Shown one piece after another: positions 48,105-56,562 of a stretch of DNA of 64,000 nucleotides. The stretch covers positions 512,001 to 576,000 of the forward strand of contig CBDDIJ010000005.1 of NCBI GenBank assembly GCA_965228855.1, written 5' to 3'. Position 1 is the first letter of the stretch; every line of letters begins with the position of its first letter. This stretch comes from Candidatus Obscuribacterales bacterium (lineage in GTDB: Bacteria; Cyanobacteriota; Vampirovibrionia; Obscuribacterales; Obscuribacteraceae). The position numbers and the translations under genes are program-made. Below the pieces are notes generated by a model, which saw nothing but the letters and a program-made list of their open reading frames with translations, was not told where the DNA came from and did not search any database.

Positions 48105-49409
48105 ATGCAGACGCAAACGGTAGACAAAAAAGTTGTTCTAAAAGCCATTGATTCGCTAGGCAGGCGTGTTACTCCGGCGGATGTCGCGTTGAAAACCGGT
48201 CTGCCGCTGCTTCCAGTGACGGCTACCTTAAACCAGATTGCCTCTGAAACCGCCGGTCACATGGAAGTGGGCGAAAAGGGTGATGTCGCTTACAAATTCG
48301 ATGCCGGATTTCAATCGCGTTACCTCGCCAAAGGGTTTCAAGAGACTCTGCAGAAGATCTGGAATGCCGTTTTCAAAGTCGGCTACTTCCTTGTCAGAAT
48401 TTCATTCGGCGTGATGCTGATTTTGAACGCAATCATTATCGTGATTCTCGTCTTCGCCCTGGTCATGTATTTCCAATCGCGTCGAGGAGACGATGATGAC
48501 GGCGGCTTCGGCGGAGGTGGTTACAGCGGCAGACATGGTGGCGGCATTTTTCCGTTTCACTTCTCCTTTTTCGACTACCTGCTTCTGCGGGATTTGCTTT
48601 TCGGCTATCCATCTAGAACATACGATCGCTATGATTACGGCACACCATCAGTGCGTAAATCAAAAGACGGCAACTTTTTCTTCAATGCATTTTCGTTTTT
48701 ATTCGGCGACGGCAATCCCAATCAAAACCATGAAGAATACAAATGGTCGATGATTGCAGAAGTGATCCGCAGAAACAAAGGCGTAGTCACGTCCGAGCAG
48801 CTCGCTCCATATCTGGGCTCAGAGCCCAATAACGACGATGCGGTTCTCCCCGTGTTGGTGCGTTTCAACGGCCGCCCCGAGGTTACCGAAGACGGACATA
48901 TCGTCTATGTGTTCGACGAGATGCAGGTGACAGCCTCATCCACCGATTCCCAGTTCAAGCACCAACTGCCTTCATACCTGAGCGAGTGGACCTGGAAGTT
49001 TACGAACGTTCCGCCGGGTCAGATGATCATGGTTTATGTCCTTGCGGGCTTCAACTTCCTGGGAAGCTGGTTCCTGTTGTCTCAAATGGGTGCAAGTGTT
49101 CCAGGCTATGAAAATCCACTGGTCGCGGTTGCGCCGTTGGTTTATTTCCTGGTAATTTCAGCGACCCTTTTCGTTTTAGTCCCGGCCTGTCGCTGGCTGG
49201 TCTTGCAAATTAAGAATGGCGCTATCGCCGAGCGAAATGCGAAACGCCTGGCCAACGCAAAGCTACTGGAAAGCCCTCCCCCAGAGGTTTTGAAAAAACT
49301 GGGAACCGCACAGCGGATGAGCTTGGATACCCGAAGAATTTCTGAGGACAATACAGTTTTCAGTACGGAAAAGGATTCATTGGAGCAAGAATTTGATGCC
49401 TCGCCCTAA
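48105..49409 (+). CDS. Conserved membrane protein of the cyanobacterial/plastid At5g03900-like family
   Basis: RVTPADVA..TGL...ASETAGHMEV..GDVAY.F; FSFLFGDGNPN; EQLAPYL; LPVLVRFNGRPEV...G.IVYVF.E.QVTA (recognised from memory). Confidence 0.75.
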   Translation: MQTQTVDKKVVLKAIDSLGRRVTPADVALKTGLPLLPVTATLNQIASETAGHMEVGEKGDVAYKFDAGFQSRYLAKGFQETLQKIWNAVFKVGYFLVRISFGVMLILNAIIIVILVFALVMYFQSRRGDDDDGGFGGGGYSGRHGGGIFPFHFSFFDYLLLRDLLFGYPSRTYDRYDYGTPSVRKSKDGNFFFNAFSFLFGDGNPNQNHEEYKWSMIAEVIRRNKGVVTSEQLAPYLGSEPNNDDAVLPVLVRFNGRPEVTEDGHIVYVFDEMQVTASSTDSQFKHQLPSYLSEWTWKFTNVPPGQMIMVYVLAGFNFLGSWFLLSQMGASVPGYENPLVAVAPLVYFLVISATLFVLVPACRWLVLQIKNGAIAERNAKRLANAKLLESPPPEVLKKLGTAQRMSLDTRRISEDNTVFSTEKDSLEQEFDASP

Positions 49410-50247
49410 ACTCTACGTCAAATCTCTGCATTTTTACCCTGTTAAATCATGCGCCGGAATAGACTTGCAAACAGCCGCAATTGATACGCGCGGCATCAAA
49501 GACGACCGTGGTTGGCTGATTGTTACAGAGGACAATAAGTTTCTAACACAGCGGCAGATTCCCAAAATGGCGTTGATTCAAGCCACCATAACTGGTGACG
49601 ACAATAGTCGAGCGTTAAAACTTGAGGCGTCCGGCATAGCACCACTGACGGTGCCTGAGTTCACATCACTGGAGCAGAACCCCAAATTGTCGGAACGCGA
49701 GGTCACGGTCTGGGACGATAGCGGCTTAAAGTCCATCGATCAGGGAGATGAGGCTGCCGAATGGCTTAGCGGCTTCCTCGGCAGCAGAGTGAGACTCGTG
49801 CGAATGAGTGCTAATGGCATTCGCGACGTAAAGGGTGAATTGCCTACCGCACCACAGGCGGTGTTTGCTTTTCAGGACGGATTTCCATTCTTATTGATCT
49901 CAACTGCATCATTGCAGGAGCTGAACCGTCGTATGGAAGCTCCTCTGCCGATGAATCGGTTTCGCCCCAACATAGTTATCGAGGGAGCGGAGGCGTTCGC
50001 CGAAGATCACTGGGCTACTATCAAAATTGGCGACGTCACAATTGAATGCGACAAACCCTGCGCGAGATGCGTCATAACCACGATCGACCAGCAGACGGCA
50101 ACCAAACATTCAGAGCCGTTGAAGACTTTGGCGACATTCCGCAAAGAAGACAATCAGGTTATGTTTGGACAAAATGCGATACATTTGAATCAAGGAACCA
50201 TCAGGGTAAACGACGAAGTCGAAATTTTGAAAATGAAATCGTCATAA
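49396..50247 (+). CDS. MOSC domain protein (YcbX/mARC-like)
   Basis: YPVKSC, DRGWL, FLTQR..PKMA, FQDGFP.LL, RFRPNIV, KPCARC. Confidence 0.93.
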   Translation: MPRPKLYVKSLHFYPVKSCAGIDLQTAAIDTRGIKDDRGWLIVTEDNKFLTQRQIPKMALIQATITGDDNSRALKLEASGIAPLTVPEFTSLEQNPKLSEREVTVWDDSGLKSIDQGDEAAEWLSGFLGSRVRLVRMSANGIRDVKGELPTAPQAVFAFQDGFPFLLISTASLQELNRRMEAPLPMNRFRPNIVIEGAEAFAEDHWATIKIGDVTIECDKPCARCVITTIDQQTATKHSEPLKTLATFRKEDNQVMFGQNAIHLNQGTIRVNDEVEILKMKSS

Positions 50248-50250
50248 AAA

Positions 50251-52230
50251 ATGCGCACGATTCTCATCCTCACGCTTATACCCTTTGTGCTGGTGATGTT
50301 TCTCGCCACTGTTCTTCTCACCAATCCGGAAACAGAACTCTCCATTGGACAGGCATTCTTGAAAGGAGAGGCAGTACCGAAAAACACAGACTGGGGAATG
50401 TTCTGGATCAGATGCGCCGCCGACGGCGGAAACAGCGAAGCGCAAGCATTAATGGGAAGAAGCTTGTTAGTAGGTTTGCTGAAACAAGATCTTACAACAG
50501 CTGTTAAATATCTGAAGATGGGAGATAAAAACGGCAACGTTGAAAGCACGAAGCTGCTCTCATACGCCTACACCTATGGTCAAGGGGTGCCACAGGATTA
50601 CGATCTGGCGCTTGAACTATCGGAGCGAGCGCTCAAAGAAGAGCGCGATGGTCGAGAGCTCATGGGGCTCTCGTTCTTCAAATTGATTCTGCCTGGCAAG
50701 TATCGCGACTATAAAGGTTCCAGAGCGTACGCGGAAGAGTTGATGAATGTTGGCTATTCATCAGCATGGCCGTACTGGTGCCTTGGCATAATTCAAGAAT
50801 ATGGTTTGGGCACACCGATAGATCTGCCCAAAGCTCAGAAGCTTTACGAACAAGGCGCCCGGCTTGGGGATAACGACAGCCAGTACGCAGTTGCTCGCGG
50901 CGTCTATGAAGGCAAATTTGTTATCTCAGATAAGAAATTGGTGCGCTCCTACCTGGAAGCGGCTTCCAGAACGCAGGTTGTAGACGCTCAGCTCTTGCTC
51001 GCGCTGGTTCTAGCGACGACCTCTCGCGACAAAGCACAGGAACAAACCTACAAAAGTCTCTTAACGCAGCTTGAGAAGCGCGGCTTCGAAAGTTTCTCCA
51101 AAAGGCTCAGGGATGTTTCGCCCCCGGACAAGGTCAACGATTCAAGCATTGCGATCAAAAATTTGCTGGATGAAACCAACGACGTCGACGGCTCAAAACA
51201 TCTAATCGCCGCGTTGATGAAGCGGTTTGGCATTGGAACGAAACCGCAGTTCTCATCCTTCATGCAATCATTGAACTGGGCTTGCGAAAAGAAACTGCCC
51301 GATGCGACCGTTCTCAAAGGGAACGTTTTAACGGGACTGGAACTGGGAAACCCAGCCTACGATCAGGCATTTAAACTGTACAAAATTGCAGCCGACAAAG
51401 AACACACATATGCAGAAGGCCAAATCGGCATGCTCTATGCACTTGGTCTCGGAGCAGAACACGACTGGACCAAAGCTATTGAGTATCTGAATAGAGCCGC
51501 GGATGCAGGAGATCCTGAGGCGTTATACATGCTGGCAGGCTTTTACTGCGACGGCAGGGGCGTGCCACCAAGTCGGAAAAAATCTATCGAGCTATTCGAG
51601 CGAGCCGCAAATCAAGGTCACGTAGAGGCTATGCTCGAATTGGGAATCATGTGTAACTCCGAAGATTTCCCGGACATCAAAGAAGATTGGAATAAGGCAA
51701 AGATCTGGTTTAGAAAAGCGGCAAAAGCCGATTTACAAGAGGCAAATTTCTACGCAGGTTCCATTATGGCGAACCGAGGTTTTACAGACGAGGCACTTGA
51801 AGTTTTCAAAGACGCAGCAGAACATGGACATCTGCTTTCAGAAATTCAGGTGGGACGATACTACATGAATCGCCAAACATTCGACGAAGCACGAAAGTGG
51901 TTTAACACGGCTCGAGCGCAAGGGAGCACCACAGCGCGCCGAGAACTTAGAATCCTTGGACTGCGCGAGTCAATGCTTTCCAACAACCCCAAAGCGCCAC
52001 TACTTGTGGTGGCAGCAAAACACATCACAAAAGGTAGTCTGATAACAAAGGATTTGATTTCCACAAAAGCGAACGAATCAGAAGATTCCGATGTACAGTG
52101 GAATAACGACAGTCTAACAAATCCTGATGCCGTAATCGGGGCCGTTGCAGAATCAGATATTTCGAAGGGTTCATCTCTCAATGCCGCAGATCTGAGTTTT
52201 CCAGATCCGACTAAACACAAGCACGAGTGA
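50251..52230 (+). CDS. Membrane-anchored Sel1-repeat protein with a C-terminal SAF-like domain
   Basis: N-terminal TM; many G.GVPQD/AA..G...A Sel1 units; VVAAKHITKGSLIT..DL...VIG.VA..DI.KG..L SAF pattern. Confidence 0.82.
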   Translation: MRTILILTLIPFVLVMFLATVLLTNPETELSIGQAFLKGEAVPKNTDWGMFWIRCAADGGNSEAQALMGRSLLVGLLKQDLTTAVKYLKMGDKNGNVESTKLLSYAYTYGQGVPQDYDLALELSERALKEERDGRELMGLSFFKLILPGKYRDYKGSRAYAEELMNVGYSSAWPYWCLGIIQEYGLGTPIDLPKAQKLYEQGARLGDNDSQYAVARGVYEGKFVISDKKLVRSYLEAASRTQVVDAQLLLALVLATTSRDKAQEQTYKSLLTQLEKRGFESFSKRLRDVSPPDKVNDSSIAIKNLLDETNDVDGSKHLIAALMKRFGIGTKPQFSSFMQSLNWACEKKLPDATVLKGNVLTGLELGNPAYDQAFKLYKIAADKEHTYAEGQIGMLYALGLGAEHDWTKAIEYLNRAADAGDPEALYMLAGFYCDGRGVPPSRKKSIELFERAANQGHVEAMLELGIMCNSEDFPDIKEDWNKAKIWFRKAAKADLQEANFYAGSIMANRGFTDEALEVFKDAAEHGHLLSEIQVGRYYMNRQTFDEARKWFNTARAQGSTTARRELRILGLRESMLSNNPKAPLLVVAAKHITKGSLITKDLISTKANESEDSDVQWNNDSLTNPDAVIGAVAESDISKGSSLNAADLSFPDPTKHKHE

Positions 52231-52272
52231 GCAACATAAACACCGGCAAGAGTGAACGAGCTAGTTCAAAAC

Positions 52273-53127
52273 CTACTGCGGAATCAAGGACGTGAGGTTG
52301 TGGTCTCGCAGGTAATCGGCGAAGGAATCGCGCAGATCCAGAGGCACATACGAAAGTGAGCGCATGCTTGGTGAAATTGTCATTGACGGATAGCTTACCG
52401 GCCGGTGAGTTCGTTTATCCAGAAAATCGACCGGACAATACGAATTGCAGCGGTGACTGTACGATAGCAACTGTTTCGTTGCCAGAGGAACTCCATCCTT
52501 GTCGAAGAACTTAGTCGAGTCGAGAATTGAGACATGGTGGTCGTCTACAAGTGTCCAGGTTTGAAGTGATTCTCTCTGGCAAATGGAAACAACTTTATTT
52601 GTTTCCCGACTCACCATGAGAGTAACCAGAAAAAGGCGCACAGTCATGCTGTTTTGCTTCTCTTCCACAAGATCGAACGAATGGTAAATATTGACGTTCA
52701 TGTGCGGACCGCTGTATGTTCGCCCCACGCACGGAAGCGGAACAAAGGTCCAGACGCGCCCATTGCGATCGGTTTGGTGACCGAGAACCTCAGCGTCAGG
52801 ATAGTGAACCTTCACAGTCTTCGGAGAAGGAATCGCCTCGTTCCTTTGCAGGTCCGTATACTCCAGGATGTGAAGCTTGCCTTTCTTGTGCCATTTGCCC
52901 GCCAGCCAATGAGGAACGCGCCACCAGTTGCCCGAACAATCGGTGTTTGTCGGAAGAAGGCTCTCGTCGAATTCGGTGCCAACCTGATACCGGTCAAGCG
53001 GATCGAGCTTGTCGGAATGTTCGATTTTGCCTTCGAGCAAAAGACTATCGGCGAACGCCGCACCTATCCCGATGGACAGATAGGACAGTAACATTGCGCT
53101 AGCGATGAGCGAACGTGTGAATCGCAT
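52273..53127 (-). CDS. Secreted hypothetical protein (paralog of 4965-5858)
   Basis: Signal peptide ending AFA-D; shared motifs with 4965-5858. Confidence 0.78.
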   Translation of the reverse strand: MRFTRSLIASAMLLSYLSIGIGAAFADSLLLEGKIEHSDKLDPLDRYQVGTEFDESLLPTNTDCSGNWWRVPHWLAGKWHKKGKLHILEYTDLQRNEAIPSPKTVKVHYPDAEVLGHQTDRNGRVWTFVPLPCVGRTYSGPHMNVNIYHSFDLVEEKQNSMTVRLFLVTLMVSRETNKVVSICQRESLQTWTLVDDHHVSILDSTKFFDKDGVPLATKQLLSYSHRCNSYCPVDFLDKRTHRPVSYPSMTISPSMRSLSYVPLDLRDSFADYLRDHNLTSLIPQ

Positions 53128-53370
53128 GGCGGGTGTTCTCCGTGGAAACTTTATTCCACTTGACATCCAGTGCTAAACAGCCAGCCCCTTCGCTTTCCCT
53201 TCAAATCCAGGCGAATTGTTGTCGCGGTGTTCACGGTGTTGGGCGGAATAGGTCCGAGCCCAGTGGCAATGGGTATCTCATTAATTTCGGTACCTAGAGT
53301 GATGTCTACAGAGGCACAGCATGACCCTGCCTAGTTAGAATGAAAGTGTTTCCAAACAGCGAGCCATACT

Positions 53371-53886
53371 ATGCAACGTCGTCTAAGGCTAGCAGGAATA
53401 GGCTGTGCAATCTTTGCTTTTACAAGTTGTATGTTCTTGTCGATTTTCAGCGTGGTTCCCTGGGAACAGCCACAACTTGGCCTGCTTGAGGCGTACATAC
53501 TTGTTAGCGTTGTTTGTATTACTATCCTCACTCGTATTCAAAAGGCCGTTCTTGCACGAAGTGGAAAATGGGCAAATTCTAAAATGCGATGGCTTGGTGT
53601 ATCGTTGGTTGGAGCGTCCATGGGTTTGTTTGTTTTAGGATGGATTTCAATCCTTGCTCCTCCAGGCTTGGAGGCGTTCAAGACCAATGAGTTCGAGAAG
53701 TTCCTCTGTGGTGTTGGGCCAGAGCCACTTTGGGTTCAAGCTCGTCAGCTGATGCCGCAGGCTGAGTTATTGGCTGCATGCAGTCTGCTGATAGAAAACT
53801 GCATGCAGTTCGCAGCCGGATTTGCCCTGTTTGCTATCATTGCTGTGTCGGCTTACGACGCCTCAAAGGCATCCAGTAAAGCTTGA
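53371..53886 (+). CDS. Hypothetical membrane protein
   Basis: 171 aa with about 4 hydrophobic helices. Confidence 0.6.
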   Translation: MQRRLRLAGIGCAIFAFTSCMFLSIFSVVPWEQPQLGLLEAYILVSVVCITILTRIQKAVLARSGKWANSKMRWLGVSLVGASMGLFVLGWISILAPPGLEAFKTNEFEKFLCGVGPEPLWVQARQLMPQAELLAACSLLIENCMQFAAGFALFAIIAVSAYDASKASSKA

Positions 53887-54028
53887 AAAACAGAAGGATA
53901 GGTCGGTTTCAATTGAAGCAGACTTCGACGTAGTACGCCATGCTGAATCGATTTGAAAATAGCTCGAATCGCTCCGCAAGTAATCACCTTATACCCTTCG
54001 TAGCACACACCATATTTGGTGGAACTGG

Positions 54029-54925
54029 CTAATTTGTCGCCTTGAGGACAGACCGAGAAACGGCAGCCAGAACCTGATCACGCTTGCTTGAAGAACCAGG
54101 AGCATCGGAGAGAAAAACGGCAAGTATGACTTTATCGCCGTTCGGCTTTGTGATGATGGCTACGTCATTTGCGCTGCCGCGCCCGCTTTTAACTGGACCG
54201 GTGCCCGTCTTATGTGCAACTTTTGTGCCCGTTGGGACGCCAGCTTTTATGCGATTTACGCCGGTTATTGCCTTATGCATCATGCTCAGCAATGTTTCGG
54301 TAGATTTAGGCGACAAAGTCTTTCCTTCCTCGAGTTTCAACAGCAACTGGCAGATAGCCTTGGGGGTTGCGGTATCGAGCAACTTATCTTCGGCCCCGGG
54401 CTGAGTTAGTTGTTGATAAAGACGATCAACGCGAATTCCTTCGATGTCATTGTCGGTGAATACCTTATTTATGGCTTCAATTCCTCCCACCGTGCGCGTC
54501 AAAACATCAGCAGAACCATTATTGCTGTTGCAGATGGTGCGTTCCAGGAGCGATTGGACACTGCATGATTTCGTATTTACAGGCATTTTGTCCGGCACGG
54601 AGCTGTTTCTGATCGCAAGCACATCCTGCTTTGAGAGCTTGATAGGGGCATCAAGACTGAGCTTTCCGCTATCTACTTGCTGTAGAACCGCGATTGCGAT
54701 AGGAAGTTTGCCTACACTCTGCATCCGATACGGGGTGTCTCTATGTAGATAAAACGAGTCACCGGTTTTTACATCGTAGGCGCCCACTCCGAGCGAGCCG
54801 CCGGAAGTCTTTTCGATTTTCTGGAGTTCCTTTTGTAAGAGAGGTTTATCCAGGCTGGCTTGAGCCGGCAGCGCAAATGCACAAAGCGTAGAGAGCGCGA
54901 TCGCTATTGAATGAATGTTTTGCAT
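54029..54925 (-). CDS. Class A beta-lactamase-fold serine hydrolase (atypical omega loop)
   Basis: Signal peptide; SVGK (SxxK), SNN (SxN), HKTGT, RVDR and DTATP motifs. Confidence 0.88.
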   Translation of the reverse strand: MQNIHSIAIALSTLCAFALPAQASLDKPLLQKELQKIEKTSGGSLGVGAYDVKTGDSFYLHRDTPYRMQSVGKLPIAIAVLQQVDSGKLSLDAPIKLSKQDVLAIRNSSVPDKMPVNTKSCSVQSLLERTICNSNNGSADVLTRTVGGIEAINKVFTDNDIEGIRVDRLYQQLTQPGAEDKLLDTATPKAICQLLLKLEEGKTLSPKSTETLLSMMHKAITGVNRIKAGVPTGTKVAHKTGTGPVKSGRGSANDVAIITKPNGDKVILAVFLSDAPGSSSKRDQVLAAVSRSVLKATN

Positions 54926-55049
54926 AATTCCCCCGAGTTCGTGCTACAGCCTATCGACGAGTGTAGCAAGGGAAAGTAATGCCTTTGCAAGACGACCGTG
55001 AACTCATTGATCGAAAACAACTTTTACTCTGGCAGGGATTGCTTGTCGT

Positions 55050-55514
55050 CTATGCTGGTTCTGTTTGGGCAATGCGCTTCCGAAACTCACGCAACCCCTC
55101 GTCGAGGTCCGCAGTCTGCCGCAGGTCTGATGAACTCACTAAATCTACCGTCTCGTTGATCTGAATTAGTTGCGACAATCCAATTTCTGCGGCTACTACA
55201 GAAATTCTCGACAATCGGACGAAATACTCGCGAAGAGCCAAATCATTCAAATTTGGCATTAGCTGATCGAGCCGATTCTGAATTTGCAGCAGCAATGTGT
55301 TGAAATCATTTTGAATCCCAGCTTCTTGATAGTGTTCGTTGACCTTTTGAAGGTCTCCATCGAATCGGATTAGATTCGCAACCAGATTGCATACGGCAGA
55401 GTCGATCTCGACAAGCTCATCATCACTTACTTCAGTTCGAGCCTTAGGCAAAGTCTGCTTCAAGTGGTCTGTAAGCATTCTCTGCGCTCTTTCAACGCGT
55501 TCTTTGTTATTCAT
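55050..55514 (-). CDS. Hypothetical helical protein
   Basis: 154-aa ORF filling the gap between genes; no recognisable motif. Confidence 0.6.
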   Translation of the reverse strand: MNNKERVERAQRMLTDHLKQTLPKARTEVSDDELVEIDSAVCNLVANLIRFDGDLQKVNEHYQEAGIQNDFNTLLLQIQNRLDQLMPNLNDLALREYFVRLSRISVVAAEIGLSQLIQINETVDLVSSSDLRQTADLDEGLREFRKRIAQTEPA

Positions 55515-55626
55515 AGATTCCAGCCAGGAGTGAATCGTTCTCCCATGTTATCAGGTTGCGGTGAGTGTGGGGAGTCGGTGTCGCCAGCTTAATTACCTGG
55601 TCAATTTCGATGATTGCCGATTTTCT

Positions 55627-56493
55627 TTAAACTGTAACGCGCTTTAGATGCGCATCAATCTCTCTCGTGGTCTGTTCCGATTGCTGCCAGAGTTTCCGTG
55701 CAAGCTGTGCGTCTTGCGATTCCTTTGAAGATGCCACCACTTTTTCTTTGACGAAGTAGTTACCTGACACGCCATCTACTTCGGGCGAGGTCGCGAGATA
55801 AATGATAGTCTTTGCGCCTTCCTCTGCGGTGATTGAGACGAACGCGGTCATCAGGTTGAATATTCGACCGGGAATGCCGTTGTTCGCGCCAAAATTTGTC
55901 GAGACAACGCCGGGATGCATGGAATTCGCTGTCACACTTGTGTCTGACAAACGCTTCGAAAGTTCAACTGTGAACAGAATATTTGCAAGCTTTGAATTAC
56001 CGTAGGTAAAGTACGGTACGCGGTTTTTCTCGTCGATGCAATGATCGGGATTTAGACGCGCGCGTTTATGCGCGTCAGAGGAAACATTGATGATACGAGA
56101 GGGAGCGCTCTCTTTGATCAAGTCGAGCAATTCTTCGGTTAACCAGAAATAGCCGAAGTGATTTAACGCCCAGGTCATTTCCAAACCGTCAACGCTGCGC
56201 TCATCCTTAAAGAAAACAGCTCCAGCGTTATTGACTAAAACGTCCAGCCGATCGAACTTCTCTTTATACTGCTGAGCAAGCTCGATTACGCTTTGACGGG
56301 AGGACAAGTCCGCGACAAAATAACTCAAGTCGCCACCACCTTCGGTAGCAATCATTTTTGCCAGGGTATTTTTGCACCGATTTTCGTTGCGACCGACAAT
56401 CACAACGTCCGCGCCCTGTCTTGCGATTTCGACTGCAGCAACTTCACCGATTCCGGCAGTCGCTCCAGTGATAAGACATCGTTTACCCTTCAT
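55627..56493 (-). CDS. SDR oxidoreductase (retinol dehydrogenase-like)
   Basis: ITGATAGIG, LVNNAG, NVSSDAH, YGNSK, HPGVV.T. Confidence 0.93.
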   Translation of the reverse strand: MKGKRCLITGATAGIGEVAAVEIARQGADVVIVGRNENRCKNTLAKMIATEGGGDLSYFVADLSSRQSVIELAQQYKEKFDRLDVLVNNAGAVFFKDERSVDGLEMTWALNHFGYFWLTEELLDLIKESAPSRIINVSSDAHKRARLNPDHCIDEKNRVPYFTYGNSKLANILFTVELSKRLSDTSVTANSMHPGVVSTNFGANNGIPGRIFNLMTAFVSITAEEGAKTIIYLATSPEVDGVSGNYFVKEKVVASSKESQDAQLARKLWQQSEQTTREIDAHLKRVTV

Positions 56494-56562
56494 TCCATTT
56501 GTCCTTTCGATACCCGCTGAATTGTTGGCGTTTGCCCCATCTTATTCTTATTCTAAACAGTT

